This document shows, one piece after another, positions 26,671 to 38,867 of a stretch of DNA of 64,000 bases. Within the stretch, counting starts at the first letter, position 1. Every line of letters starts with the position of its first letter. A model generated the notes under the pieces. That model made no database searches. It saw only the letters and a program-made list of their open reading frames with translations, and had not been told where the DNA came from. The stretch is taken from positions 1,736,001 to 1,800,000 of the forward strand of contig MU006091.1 of NCBI GenBank assembly GCA_010093705.1, in the 5' to 3' direction. Made by a program: the position numbers and the translations under genes. Origin of the DNA: Patellaria atrata CBS 101060 (Eukaryota).

Positions 26671-28964
26671 AAGTATGGTTCACGTCGTGCACGGCCCCAC
26701 TCTGTGCACAGTGATCCCAACCAACAGTATGGGTTTTGAATAACTAATATCTCCACAACGAGTCCGTTCAGCTTCAAATTTGGTGTTGTTATAGATTAGA
26801 TAGTAATAAATAAGACTAGCTACTACTCATTGTCAATAAATCGCGCTGGTGCTTTGCGCGTGCGTTTTTGCCTCAAATTGCTCTCACCACTATCCTGAAC
26901 TTGAGTAACTGGTGCAACAGCCCTAACACGCTTTGTAGGCACTGGAAATACTCCATTTAAGATCTTCTTACGTTGCCGTGACTGTCTGATATTGCCAATT
27001 AGTTGTTGTTGAGCTTGACGAGCTTCTACTGCACTCTCTCGAGCAGCTGCGCGCTCCTGTGCCTCCTCCTCTCGTCTCTTTTTGTTATCTTATCTCTCTT
27101 TTTGACGAGCAGCAAGTAGTGCTTTCTCATATTGATTCCCATAATCTCTCTAACTTTGCTTGATACTTTTCAGTCGCAATATACTCCTTTTCGAGGTCCT
27201 AGTCAACTAATAGCTGTTTTGTGCCACGGGTTAGACCCGATAGGTATAAGTGCCCTTGGATGATCCAGCGGCTTAGTCATACTGTACTTTAGCAGAACAG
27301 CATATGCTGTCTCAACACTTTCTTTCCTTAAGTTTAAGCTTCATTTACATATAGCAATATACCTTGCAGCTTCCATCTGAGGTTGAGCCTTGACATTTTG
27401 CAGCAGCCACCTTTGAGAGGTGAATATTTGAGCAAATCCATCCTTCTTCAACCTAGTAGTCTTAAACAGGGGCTTCTGCCGTTTTCTCTTCTTCATCTCG
27501 TTCTGAAGAGACTCTCTCATGCCGTTTTACGTGCTGACGTAATATGGAAGTCTCGGAAGTGATGGAAAGAATCACGTTATCTAGGCGCTTCGTTCTCTTG
27601 TCTGAAAAGTCGCGATAGACCACCTTAAGAAGCCTCTCTATCTTCCTCTAATCAGTGTTACTAATAAATGACGCCTATAAATCTGCTGAGCAGGGTCTGA
27701 CACCTTCTGGAGTGGTTGGGAGGTTGAAAACCTTCAAAACAACCGTCGGATTGAAGGGATGTAATCCCGTTTTTACCCATCCTGATAGTATGGTCTTTTC
27801 AGCAAAAGCGTTTCGGAAAGCAGGCCAGAGTAGACGGAAGAAGTCTCGTTTTGTAATACTGCAAAGTCCCTCGGACTTCCTCGTGAACTCCTCTAGGTTC
27901 TACTATAGTAGTGAGCCAGGGGCTTAAATAGAGAGACATCTAGAGGCCGTACACGGTGGGTTGAGTGCGGTGGAAAGACTGCAATCAGGATTCTGTGTGC
28001 CAAGGCAAAATTAATGAATTTCATTATGACGTGAGATCCGTGTCTGTCGAGTATCAAAAGTCTCCACTCCCTGAGTCCAGCTGGCTTCGGTTTGGGTTTA
28101 AATACTCGAGTCAACCACTCAAATCCGACGTCGTCATTAGTTCATCCAGTTGGAGTAGACGTTAAAGACCAATTGTGGGTCCCTACGCTGTAGTCTTGTA
28201 GCTAGGAGTCTTCGATATCTCCAGATATTGCTTCGTATATTAGAGTCGGATCCAGAACTCGTCCGTCAGCACAAATAGCAGCAAGCAACGTTATCCACGA
28301 TCTACTGCAATCTTGCTGTATATTCTTCATTTGCCCTGATTCTCAAGCTGTTTTGGAGAAGTATCTTTGCTGGTTTTTGGACTATACCCATTAAAATGCC
28401 CTTCTCATCCATATTCCAAAAGTTGACGAATTTGATCTAATGATGCTTAGTCTTTTATGCAAAGAGCTCACAATATAGCGCGTAGTAGTAGGGGGGAGAT
28501 TATGGCTTTTTCCTGTTTTATTCAATCCAGTCAGATATTTAGATTACAAGATTTTGGAATTTCTCTTGACCCAGCGGCTGGACCAGTTTCTTGACGGCTC
28601 TCTCTTAGCTATTTCTGCTGCTTAGGTCTGTACTAAAGCTGGTATAGGCGCAAGTCCTTAAATAGAGACTTTATTAATATATTTAACGAGGAATTTAGAT
28701 TGGGATTGATTTAGGAATACCTTAGCTTTGTTCGCAACTTCTATAGACTTAGTAATATGCCTCCAGCAACGCGACAGCGTGGATCTTTCAAACTCCATAT
28801 TTCTTTGCCATATGGCTGATATTAGGGGCAATTGTCTATTCAGATTATCAACAGAGAGCTTAATAGCACTCATATTGGTGGAGATATTTAATTTTGAAGT
28901 AACAGTATAGTTTTATGGGATCGTGTGCAAGGGGGTGGGGCCGTACACGACTTGGACCATACTT
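26671..28964 (-). mobile_element. Degenerate pogo/Fot1-like (Tc1/mariner, DDE_1) DNA transposon with about 49-bp imperfect TIRs
   Basis: Transposase fragments WNMDEKG and WRLLILDRHGSH...FPPHSTHRVRPLDVSLFKPL. Left TIR 26671-26719 (AAGTATGGTTCACGTCGTGCACGGCCCCAC...GATCCCA) matches the reverse complement of 28916-28964 (AAGTATGGTCCAAGTCGTGTACGGCCCCAC...GATCCCA). Confidence 0.88.
27222..27395. mobile_element. Solo LTR (about 174 bp) nested in the pogo element
   Basis: TGCCA...TGACA termini with a TTTTG TSD on both sides (27217-27221 and 27396-27400). Inverted homologue at 57360-57531. Confidence 0.88.
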
Positions 28965-30015
28965 GTAGTGTGGCCAATAATATTCCGGTATTGAATAATA
29001 TCGAATACCGATTAGTATTGTATTGGATCGATATCAATGAATACTTTGATAGTACTTCGCTTACTATTATTAAACTCATAATTTCATAATTTTACTCTTC
29101 GTATATACGATAGAATGGTTTCTACTCCTAAACAATAGCTTCTAAAATCGACTCAACAATAAGTTTTACCTCAGAACCATCATCTTCCGCAGTACGACCA
29201 ATAAGATCCCTTCTTTGGAAACATACACGTATACAAACCCTTGGAGACCCCCCACGAAACAATCAAAATAAGCATATCTATGAGTGTAAATACGAGTTTT
29301 CGTATAGTAAAATAATGAGTACAAACTTTAAGAGGCATCTTCCTGTCAGACGACTGAATCCCGATAGCCCACCAGTGGTTGCCAAAATTCGTGGCGCGCC
29401 AAGGAAACACCAAAATATCGTATTTTTGAACAAATAGCTGGAGAGCCTAGGATATCACGTTGTTGCCGCCATCTACGGGCTGTCGTCTCAGGGACATTTT
29501 GCTCCTTGCAAAACTCCTTAAAGCTTTGACCTTCAGGGCGGTGGTCAAACGCATCGTAAAACCTCGATTTTTGAGGTTAATTATGTTCAGGCTGAACGAC
29601 TGTACGTCTGGTCTTCATTATAACTAATAATAACAAATATTGATGGAGATATGGTTGTTGTTGTGATGGGGATGTTTTTTGAGTTTGTTGTTGGCCCTTG
29701 CGCCTAGCGCGGCACGTATTTTGTCAACTACTAGTGGATCTACGACCATGCTTACATAAGGTAGAACATGATGTCGTAAACTCTTCTTCTCCGTCATCTG
29801 ACAACCAAGGCCAATACACACGTCCCATAATTCCCAACAATTGTACGGTACACACAAGGGGTATCAGAGCCCATCAGTATGATAAACGCTCCTTGCCGGT
29901 TTCTTCTCACCCTTGTGAGATGAGATTGAGATGCGGTTCGAAGGAAGTAGATTGCAAAGAGCGAAATGCATTTCGACTGCGATGATCTATATTGTTCCAT
30001 TTGATTAGAACTATC

Positions 30016-32077
30016 TCAGTCCAATTCATAGTCAAAATTATCCTGAATATATTTCACTTTCTCCAAGAGATCTTCACGCGACACCCTCGATATTACCGAA
30101 AAGTATGCAATCCACCAGAGAGCAGTCGCTGCGGGCCCTTCTAATACGTCACCTCTTCTCTTTCTACTGTAGTAGTCGACAACATATTCTTTCATATGCC
30201 CGTGTTTTTCCAGAAATTCTTTTGCTGCATCCGCTGACTTCATCACGCCTTTCTTGTCTTGCTGAATTATCATCACCGAGAGGTGGAATTGAGCCCCGTT
30301 CATGAACGGCTGCGAAAGGGCTTTGATGCGGGCATCCTCGACGTCGCCAATTGCCATGAGCATGCGAAGACCGTAATAGTCAACGCCATATGTGAGAAGG
30401 ACGGCTAACGACTCCAAGTATCCCGGTGGCCGTGCGTTTATTTCATGAAGATAGACTTCCGGTGCCTGTTGAGGTGTTTTGACTTTAGGCCTCAAGTCAC
30501 GACAGTGAAACGCATCGCCGCTTTGAACCCCGTATTCGACGCGCGAATTTCGCACACGGGCCTCGCAATGAAAGACACCAGACTCAAAACCTTGTCGACG
30601 GATTGAGTCTTGAAGGTGATCGCGAAGTGCTTTAATCTCATCTTTTGGTAAAGCAGAAGGCATAACATTTTGCGTCTCTTGGAAGTTGGCTCTCCATCCA
30701 GCGCCGGCCATATCGGCTGGGCTTGGGAAGTCATCGTTTATCTCGCAAAACAGAATTTTGTCCTTCCATATTACCAAATTCGCGTCCACTTCCGGACCGT
30801 CAACATATGGCTCAATGACTACTCTGGTGCTAGGCTTAGCCGCGGTTGCGTGTCGATCTGAAGCCTTGTGCACCGCTACCGATAGTTCTTGTCTATTGTG
30901 TACCTTAGATACACAATCGCTACACCAGCCTACAACGGGCTTGACGACCCGTGGATAGCTGAGGGATCTGCCCGCCTCCTTGTGGTCTGGAAAGAAATCA
31001 TCGAGCTGGTCGGCGCTCTCCAGGATGAAACTCTCAAGCTGAGTGCGACCCCCACACTCGTTCATTCTTGTTTTACCTTTATCTCCTGCAGTCTCATATG
31101 CAGACGGAGGTTCCGTAGGTAGATGTTGTGAAATACAAGCTTCAGCCACTCCCTCCAAACGGACATCGCTAATTGTTACAATACCATCTATAGGCTTAGG
31201 GTAAGAACGAACTGCGAGAGCAACTCTAGTCGCGAAAGCTTCGTCTGGAGTGATGTCTACTTCAACAAAGTCCTCGCGTAGGTTTGCCCATGGAGAATTA
31301 GGATCCTGAAGCCAGTGACCTCGTTCATCCAGGACTACAATCTTAATGCCTAGAGCACGCGCGGCCTTTAACGCTCTCTCAATACTCTCGATGTCTTCTC
31401 TACCCTGAACCCAAGCGATGCGCCGGGGTGAGATCATTTGTGGTAGTAACCACGGAAACGAGAGACGATTCTTTAACTCTAAGCCGAGGGCTTCTGCTGA
31501 TACAGTGGGAGAACGAACAATTGCGCCCATTGATTCGGAGATTCCATGTTGGAGCATGGCAATAATGTTTGTGTTTCGTTGAACCCGTCCTACCTCTTGA
31601 AGTGGCTCAAGGAAGGACTTCACCTCAGCAACGCACGTGCAGTACTCAAGACGTTGCTCCAGAAAATCAGATCTCGCGACGAAACCAAAAATCGATGGAA
31701 AGAGAAAATGGATCGCAAGATCGCCTGCATCAGGCGTACTCATGAGTTTATCAATCGTGGATGATAAAAAGGACGCCTGAGGTGTTCTGATTTTCTCAAG
31801 ATCAATTAGATTAGGGTTCTCTACACCAAACGATGTGCTACTAGGTCGGAGCCGGATATCCAGTGACCAGATAGTGTCCAAATCGATACCTTGAGCATCG
31901 GATGATCCAGATAGTTCAAGATATGCTACATACGAGCAATGTTGTCAGCGAGGTTTGGTAGGAAGATATATAGGTATGTGGAACATGAACGAAGAGATGA
32001 CGAGAAAAATGTTACCTACCTATTCTTTTGGAACTTCTAATTCGGACCAACCTCGTTTCATCATCTACAAGAGCCAT
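30016..32077 (-). CDS. ATP-grasp ligase (L-amino-acid ligase/carnosine-synthase-like; similar in type to fungal secondary-metabolite ATP-grasp enzymes); intron at about 31926-32019
   Basis: Open 621-aa frame plus an in-frame first exon (MALVDDETRLVRIRSSKRI|AYLEL...). Motifs DKGKTR, VVKPVVGWCSDCVSKV, VIEPYVDGPEVDAN, FHCEAR and HEINARPPG. Confidence 0.88.
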
Positions 32078-32990
32078 GATGTTTTTCTTTTTTTTTTTTC
32101 GTTTGGATTATCCTCCTCGACCAGCGCGATTGCCACGAACAATTATGGCGGTGTTATGGTTCGGGCTGCTCTGAGACTATAAGGCAACTACGGCAGCTAC
32201 TCGGATATTTGTTGGTAGGTGACCACTTCATCCACAATACCCAATGTCGACTGATGAGGTATATTTAGGCTCTCCAATCCGACAGCACCAAAGCAACTCT
32301 CTTCGATTTATTTCGGATCTACGCGCCTTGGACTGCAATGCCGTCAACTAGGCTAAGTTTATTACCTTCCTGTTCCACTCAGTCCATGATTACTCTCACT
32401 CCTTTTACCCGTACTACCTATCACTTTCCCTTCTAGGACGACTTCGGATCTCATAAGCTTCACAGATACGTGCACATATTCAAAAGCCCCAAGGACGCCA
32501 CATGCTTGGCTGCATTTGGTGATGCATATCCAGGGTTGATGCGGCAATCTAGAGACCATCAGGGCCGAGAGCAAGTATGAGACAATAATATCTCTCCTCC
32601 GTAGACCAGAACAACAGCGGGTAGAAATGCTGCTACATTCATAGATTGCGTCGTATACAGGTAGGTCAGGTGTTAGAATCCTTCTAGTTCATGGCCGAAG
32701 GTGAAGGTTGCCATGGCTTCCTAATAACGATTCGGACCTCTAGCTATTCTTTCATTTTATGATTTCCTCATCAAGTTATTTTGTAGGACTACATTCAAGT
32801 TTGGGCTACTTTGAGGTGGCGACTGACGTACAAGAAGGGCTTCAAATACCATGATGGCTGCCTCACACTACATACTGGGAGCTTATGTACTTTTTTTTAT
32901 AGCTTTAAAGAATCTTTCCTTTATCTGAGCGCCTCTTCTTGCGCTCCAGAAGATTGCCTGCAGTAAAGAACACCGAAACCTTCACAAAAG
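32078..32990. promoter_or_regulatory. Bidirectional promoter of the ATP-grasp and cysteine-synthase-like genes, with repeated TCGGA elements
   Basis: Head-to-head ATGs 913 bp apart. CTCGGATATTT at 32200-32210, TTCGGATCT at 32312 and 32443, TTCGGACCT at 32731. Confidence 0.55.
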
Positions 32991-35157
32991 ATGGCCGCTA
33001 GCAATCCACTTAATGTCTTTAGAGGGCCAAATTCCATGGCTCAATATTTTGATCCTGATCAAAACCCCCCTCTTCCTCTTGTGGAGATTCCTGCCGCTCT
33101 GAATCCCTTACGAAAAGATGGAGTTCGCATATATGCGAAGATGCTTACGGCCTTACCAGCTCAGAACGTCAAGTCATTGCCAGGTACGTCTCATATCGTC
33201 AGCTTTTTCTGCCTCAAACCCTAATTCAATGACGTCGCCCTGAATCATACTTTTCCTGAGATTTTGTCTGTCTGACCTGCGATTACAGCCCTCAACATGC
33301 TTCTTCACGAACCAGAAGCGGCACGTAAAACTATCGTAGAAGCAAGCTCAGGCTCTACTGTCCTCTCCCTTGGTATGATTTCGAGAGCGCTCTGGGATAA
33401 CGAAGACGTTGTAGCCCATGTGACAAATAAGAAGCATGTGGACTCATTGAGATTACTGAGATTTTTTGGACTAAAAGTGTAAGATGGAGAGTCTGGCGTA
33501 GTCTTAGCTGGGTTGTGATCGACTAACTTATACTAACCTGAATAGATCGCTTTATGGTGGTCTTGCGCAACAGGAACCGCAAGACCCCAAGGGGATCATG
33601 AGTCGGCTCAGAGCACTGGCCTCCACTAACCCTGGTGTCTGTTATCCCGGACAATACGATAACATCTATGTTGGTAGTCTCTGAGATTGTTTAAAGTACA
33701 TGAACTAACAGAGACGGGACAGAACTGGAAATCGCACGAACAATGGACTGGCGCTCAAATATGGAAACAACTACCGGAAATTGATGTTTTTTGTGCCACG
33801 ATAGGTACAGGTGGTGAGTGAGAGTAAAATGCTATATCTATATGCCTCGTTGATTTTTGTCCTATTAGGCTGTGCGACAGGAACAGGAGTCTACCTGAAG
33901 TCTAAAAAACCATCAGTCAAAGTCGTAGGGTAAGCGCTTCTTCTTTACTTACCCTATGGGATATAGACCATCAAATAACATAATGATTCAGGGTCTGTAA
34001 TGAATTCGGAGATCCCACACCAGGTCCTCGTCACTTCCCGGGATTCGAAAGCTCGCAGTTTCCATGGCGGGAAACAATTGATGTCTTCGAGAGCGTAGCG
34101 TCTTGTAACGCCTACCGCAGTTCGATGAACCTTTGCCGGTACGGCATTATCGCAGGTCCTTCATCTGGAGAAGCACTCCATGGCATTCTTGCTTACCTTA
34201 GAAATGTGAAGGAGGAGGGTCGGCTTGCCGAGCTCGCTAACCCGAGCACGGGAGAGATCTCTTGTGTCTTCATCTGCGCCGACCTCCCATATCAATACAT
34301 GGATATGTACTTCAAGAAACTAGGGGACGAAGAGTTTCCCCCTATATATAATAAGGTACGTACCAACTTAGCCAATGATCATCTTTGATCGCAGGCTGAC
34401 TGAATGGTGATCCCGGTAGTGTCTGCTGGGGTGCGACCTTGACCCATATGATGAACGTTGGTTTCTTTCGCCAGACCAGGTTGCTGCCCTCATCTCACAC
34501 GCTTCCAACACTTTCAGAAGCGAATCCTACTCCACCTATACTAAGGAATCTTTACTAGTGTCCGCTACTACATTGTCCTCAGTTTCAAGCGCGAGTAGCG
34601 TATCAACTAGCTCTTCTCATCCCTCCATGTCGTCCTCTTATACGTATTTGCCCTCCATCTATGGCTTGACGTACTGGTCACAATCCGATATCCTCACAAT
34701 CATTGACATTCGGAACGCGGTGGCGTACACCAATTCACATATTAGAGGGTCATTAAATCTCCCATTACCGGATATCAAGAAAGACCTCTTCGGCGTTGCG
34801 GATTCTGTGAAGAAGCGATGGCTCGAACTGAAGGTAGCTTTGGAGGAGAATGCGTGGATGTGGCGTAAGTATAAGAACACTGGGGACGCCGGTAGAACCG
34901 GCGCTAAGACAGACAATGGACAACCTCGTTTGGTTTCGGAAACCATTCGAAATTCTCCAAAGAAGGTTATTCTATTTGTCTGTCAAGATGGCGACACAGC
35001 ACGCATGGCCACAGCCATGCTTAGGGCAGAGGGATGTGAGGCTTTTTGTGCTGATGGTGGGTATGATATGCTCTCCACTTATCTGCAGAATCAGAAAGGG
35101 TTGGCGAATATTGTGGATGGGCAATCTCAACTGGAAAAATCAAGCTCTGCTTCATAA
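32991..35157 (+). CDS. PLP-dependent fold-type II cysteine-synthase-like enzyme fused to a C-terminal rhodanese domain (about 8 exons)
   Basis: RIYAK...NVKSLPA (PLP Lys), IVEASSGST, GQYDN..NWKSH..WTGAQIW, IGTGGCATG and IIAGPSSG. A phase-0 intron at 34356-34419 joins in frame, through a Ser-rich linker, to IIDIRNAVAYTNSHIRGSLNLP...FVCQDGDTARMATAMLRAEG..ADGG. Confidence 0.85.
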
Positions 35158-36330
35158 CGATGTATGCCCAACTGAGATAAATTTCCCAAAGTTCCGAAAA
35201 TAAAAGGAGACGAGCATAAAGACGTCACTAATGTGAATGATGCTTCCCGCTCTATGCACCTCTTTCATCCAATCAGACCTATTGATTTGTACTGTACGTT
35301 ATTAGCCGCTCAGTAGTTGAATATGAATACGATGAACAAAAAGAGATTTTGACGATTACAAATTACGACGAAAAGTTTCAGGTACTCCGTAGTTCGACCG
35401 TGTAGAACTATAGGTACAAGGGGAGTTTTCAATTCATCTAATCTTATCTCCTGCTAGAGCCACCCCCTTGTAGGTAGACTTTTTACGGTATCTTGGCCAT
35501 TTTCTTTTTCGCACTTGGCGGAGAGCAAGTTTTTCTGCGGGAGGCATAGAACTAACAAAACATAATCACAACGTAGAAGACACCAATAATAATATATTAA
35601 GCGCTGCAGTAGACCTGCAAGAATCATTCTCATAGTCTAATGGTACATTTATCCTTTATTAGAATTCAGTCTCACTAGTTCTAGAATCTGAGAGGCTCCT
35701 ACTATAGTACTGCGTACATCTGGCTATTTGCTTCCTTCCTTGTCCAAGTGATCGAATTTTTAATCTTGATCTTTTCGCGTATCGCACGAATTACTTGTTG
35801 ATAGAAGCGCGATATTGAGTATGTTTGAGCAAGATCCCCAATTAGTAGTGCAGAAAGAAAGGACAGTGCTATGTACACCTTCCATACTCTGTACAACTAC
35901 CCCAACATCTCGCATGTATCCGGCAAATATTGTCGCTCACAAATCAGTTCTGGACACTTTAAGTCGGTGAGAATGATACTACTTATACGCATGTAGTAGA
36001 GTCGAAAAGAGGGATATCCCGACTGCCAAGTTTGCCTTCGTTGCTCAGGTACTGTGGCTAAGGCACTTGAAGCACTTATACCGATGCACCATCATGGTAT
36101 TAACTTCAAGGACCGTGATGTCCTGCAGTGGAGGTTTTTTTTTTCTTTTGCCTCATCTTCTAACGCAGTTATACCATTTTGATTCTTTTTCTTTGCTTGA
36201 TTACCCCGAGACCCGTAAAGTATTCATCTTGCCCCTTTTTCGGTCATGATGGAACCTAGGTAAGTTACCCTTTGAAATCACAGGTAGAGCAAGTGCTGAA
36301 TCATATTCGAGAAAGGAGGTTGTCATAGAA

Positions 36331-38438
36331 ATGAAGCAAGGCGCTTCCATAGATGTCCTTCTGGACTCCTCAGATGCCAGCGATGTACCTAAAGGATACA
36401 AAACCTCCGCGCAGATGCGCAGAACAAGCACAAGCATTGATTCAGGATCAACACTGAGACCTGCCACCGATCAAGAAATTGCAGACCTACCGCATGTAAT
36501 CGACCGCATTCCGTTCGCGGTCTGGGCCGTTATACTCGCTGGTGCCGCCGAACGGTTCACATATTTCGGGTTGATCGCTCCATGGCGTAAGTCAGAATCG
36601 CGAGAGACCAATGTATACGAAGCTGAATTAGATCCTCAGAGAACTATATGCAGAACCCTCGTAACGATCATGCCGTTCCCGGAGCGCTTGGATTGGGCCA
36701 ATCCACGGCCGTAAACATCTACAATGCTTTCTTCCTCTTCTCCTTTATGACTCCAATGTTCTTTGCTGTTGTCTCGGATAGTTGGCTCGGCCGTTACAAG
36801 ACGATGATGATCGGTTTGGGGTGAGATATGGATATGGACTTCAGTCAAGGGCCAGATGAATTAATAATTTCTTGCTAGGTTATATATTTGTGGTTGTGTC
36901 GTCCTTGTCATAACCTCTATCCCACTAGCTCTTGACCGAGGCGCGGGTCTAAGCGGTCTCATCGTAGCTATGCTGTTCGTAGGATTGGGGGTCGGAGCGG
37001 TCAAAGCTACCTTTTTCCCTTTTCTAGGTTTTACTTCCGTGCTACCAACCTACATTTGCCCACTGACGCCAAAAAAGGGGATCAATATGTCCAGCGCCCG
37101 CCGCAGTTTTTGCAGCGTAAGAATGGCGATATGGTGATCATAGATGGCCCGAGAACATTACAGTTCATCTACAATGCTTATTACTGGTCAGTGGTTAATT
37201 CATCTGTCTCTCTCCTGTGCAATATGTTAAAAATGTGTATTAAGGGCTCTAGGTTTACCAACATTGCTTCACTATCGTCCATCCCTGTAACGTTCTTAGA
37301 AAAGAAGTACGACTTTTGGACAGCTTATTTGCTTACTACAACGTCCCTTTGTCTGGCACTGGTGTTATTCGTTCTGTGGGTTGGAAGACTTGGTGAGTAG
37401 TGCAAATCAATGCCAAAGGGGCCAATTACTTACTAAAGTTTGCTTCTTTCTTACAGAGAAGCTCTCGCCGAAAGGTAATATCCTTCCCCAAGCATTCAAA
37501 ACGATTTTTTGTGCCATGAAAAGCGGATGGAAGTTCGACCATGCGAAGCAGTCATACCAAGAATCCTGCTACGGCAGGATAGTCTTATGGAACGATGATT
37601 TTGTCGAGGAGATGAAACGCGGTTTCATTGCTTGTCGCGTCATGTAAGTAGAGTATGATTATTTGGTTCTAGGTCAAACTTAAGCTTATGAACCATTTTC
37701 AGATTTTCCCTCCTTATATTCTATTTGTGCATAAATCAAATGTACAATAACCTTGTCTCTCAGGCTGGGCAAATGAATCTCATGAATATTCCCAATGACA
37801 TGATTCAAGCATTCAACGGAGTGGCCTGTATCATCTTCGGACCTATCATCCAAGCACTATATAACTTGCTGGCCAAAAAGAGGATCATCTTTGGACCAAT
37901 TGCACGGATTACTGTCTCCTTTGTATTTTGCGGAGCAGGGATGGCATACGCAGCGATTGTTCAGAAAGTTATATATAGCAAACGACCATGCTATGACCGA
38001 CCTTTAGCTTGCCCTGCTGCGAACGATGGAACAATCCCTAACGATGTCAGCATCTGGATACAGATACCTGTGTACTTCTTGCTTGCTATAGCGGAGATTT
38101 TTGGCTTCGTCACGGCGTTCGAATATTCGTACAGCAAAGCTCCACGGGAGATGAAGGCAGTCGTCCAAGCACTCACACAGATCACAGCAGGATTTGCTAG
38201 CTTGATAGGTATGGGTATAAGTCCGGCTGCAAAGGACCCAAATATGGTGGTTATGTACTCTTGTTTGGCTGGCGCAATGGCGTTGTCTGCAATAATTTTC
38301 TGGCTGGTTTTCAGGACATACGACCAAGTGGATTCTGAATTAAATCAACTTGACGTCCGAGAACCGGTATTCGCGCTGGAAGATTCTGAAAGCGCTCGTG
38401 ACACAGAGGAGTCTAAAATTTCTCGGGATGAAAAGTAG
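36331..38438 (+). CDS. POT/PTR2-family proton-dependent oligopeptide transporter (multi-exon; an upstream micro-exon at about 36247 is possible)
   Basis: AGAAERFTYFG (ExxERFxYYG variant), NYMQNP...PGALGLGQ, SDSWLGRYKT, GDQY, QMYNNLVSQAGQM, and FEYSYSKAPREMKAVVQA. Confidence 0.9.
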
Positions 38439-38731
38439 TACTGTTTGTGTCCTAAGGTGCATCCAAATATAGTATATAGTTGTGGTTCACGGTCAGTTAA
38501 AGATGATCGAGAAATCCCTAAATCTGCTGTTGCAGATATCATCCCACGCACTTTGAAAGATGGTCAGCGTAAAATGCTTTGTAAGCTGGACCTTTAAACA
38601 CGTCGTAGGAATGCTATGTAGAAACATACCTTATCTGTTCCCCTGAAATATCTGCATGTCCCTGCATTCCTATGTCTAGTTGAACAGTCGAACTGCACCA
38701 CCCAAGACGTGAGACCAGCAAGGTAACTCCT

Positions 38732-38742
38732 AAATATCCGAG
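38732..38742 (+). promoter_or_regulatory. Candidate shared cluster regulatory motif AAATATCCGAG
   Basis: Identical 11-mer, in the same gene-relative orientation and about 125 bp upstream of the ATG, in the promoters of both the methyltransferase and the ATP-grasp gene (32200-32210). Confidence 0.45.
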
Positions 38743-38867
38743 GAAATATGCTCACCGGGGGGAAAGTCCTAAGCGGACGGATGAGCAGGTTTCTGATATA
38801 AATACCCCTCCCGTCCTCCTTTCAAGACTCAACTCCACGCTCCATCTGGCATCAACCATCTAGAATC

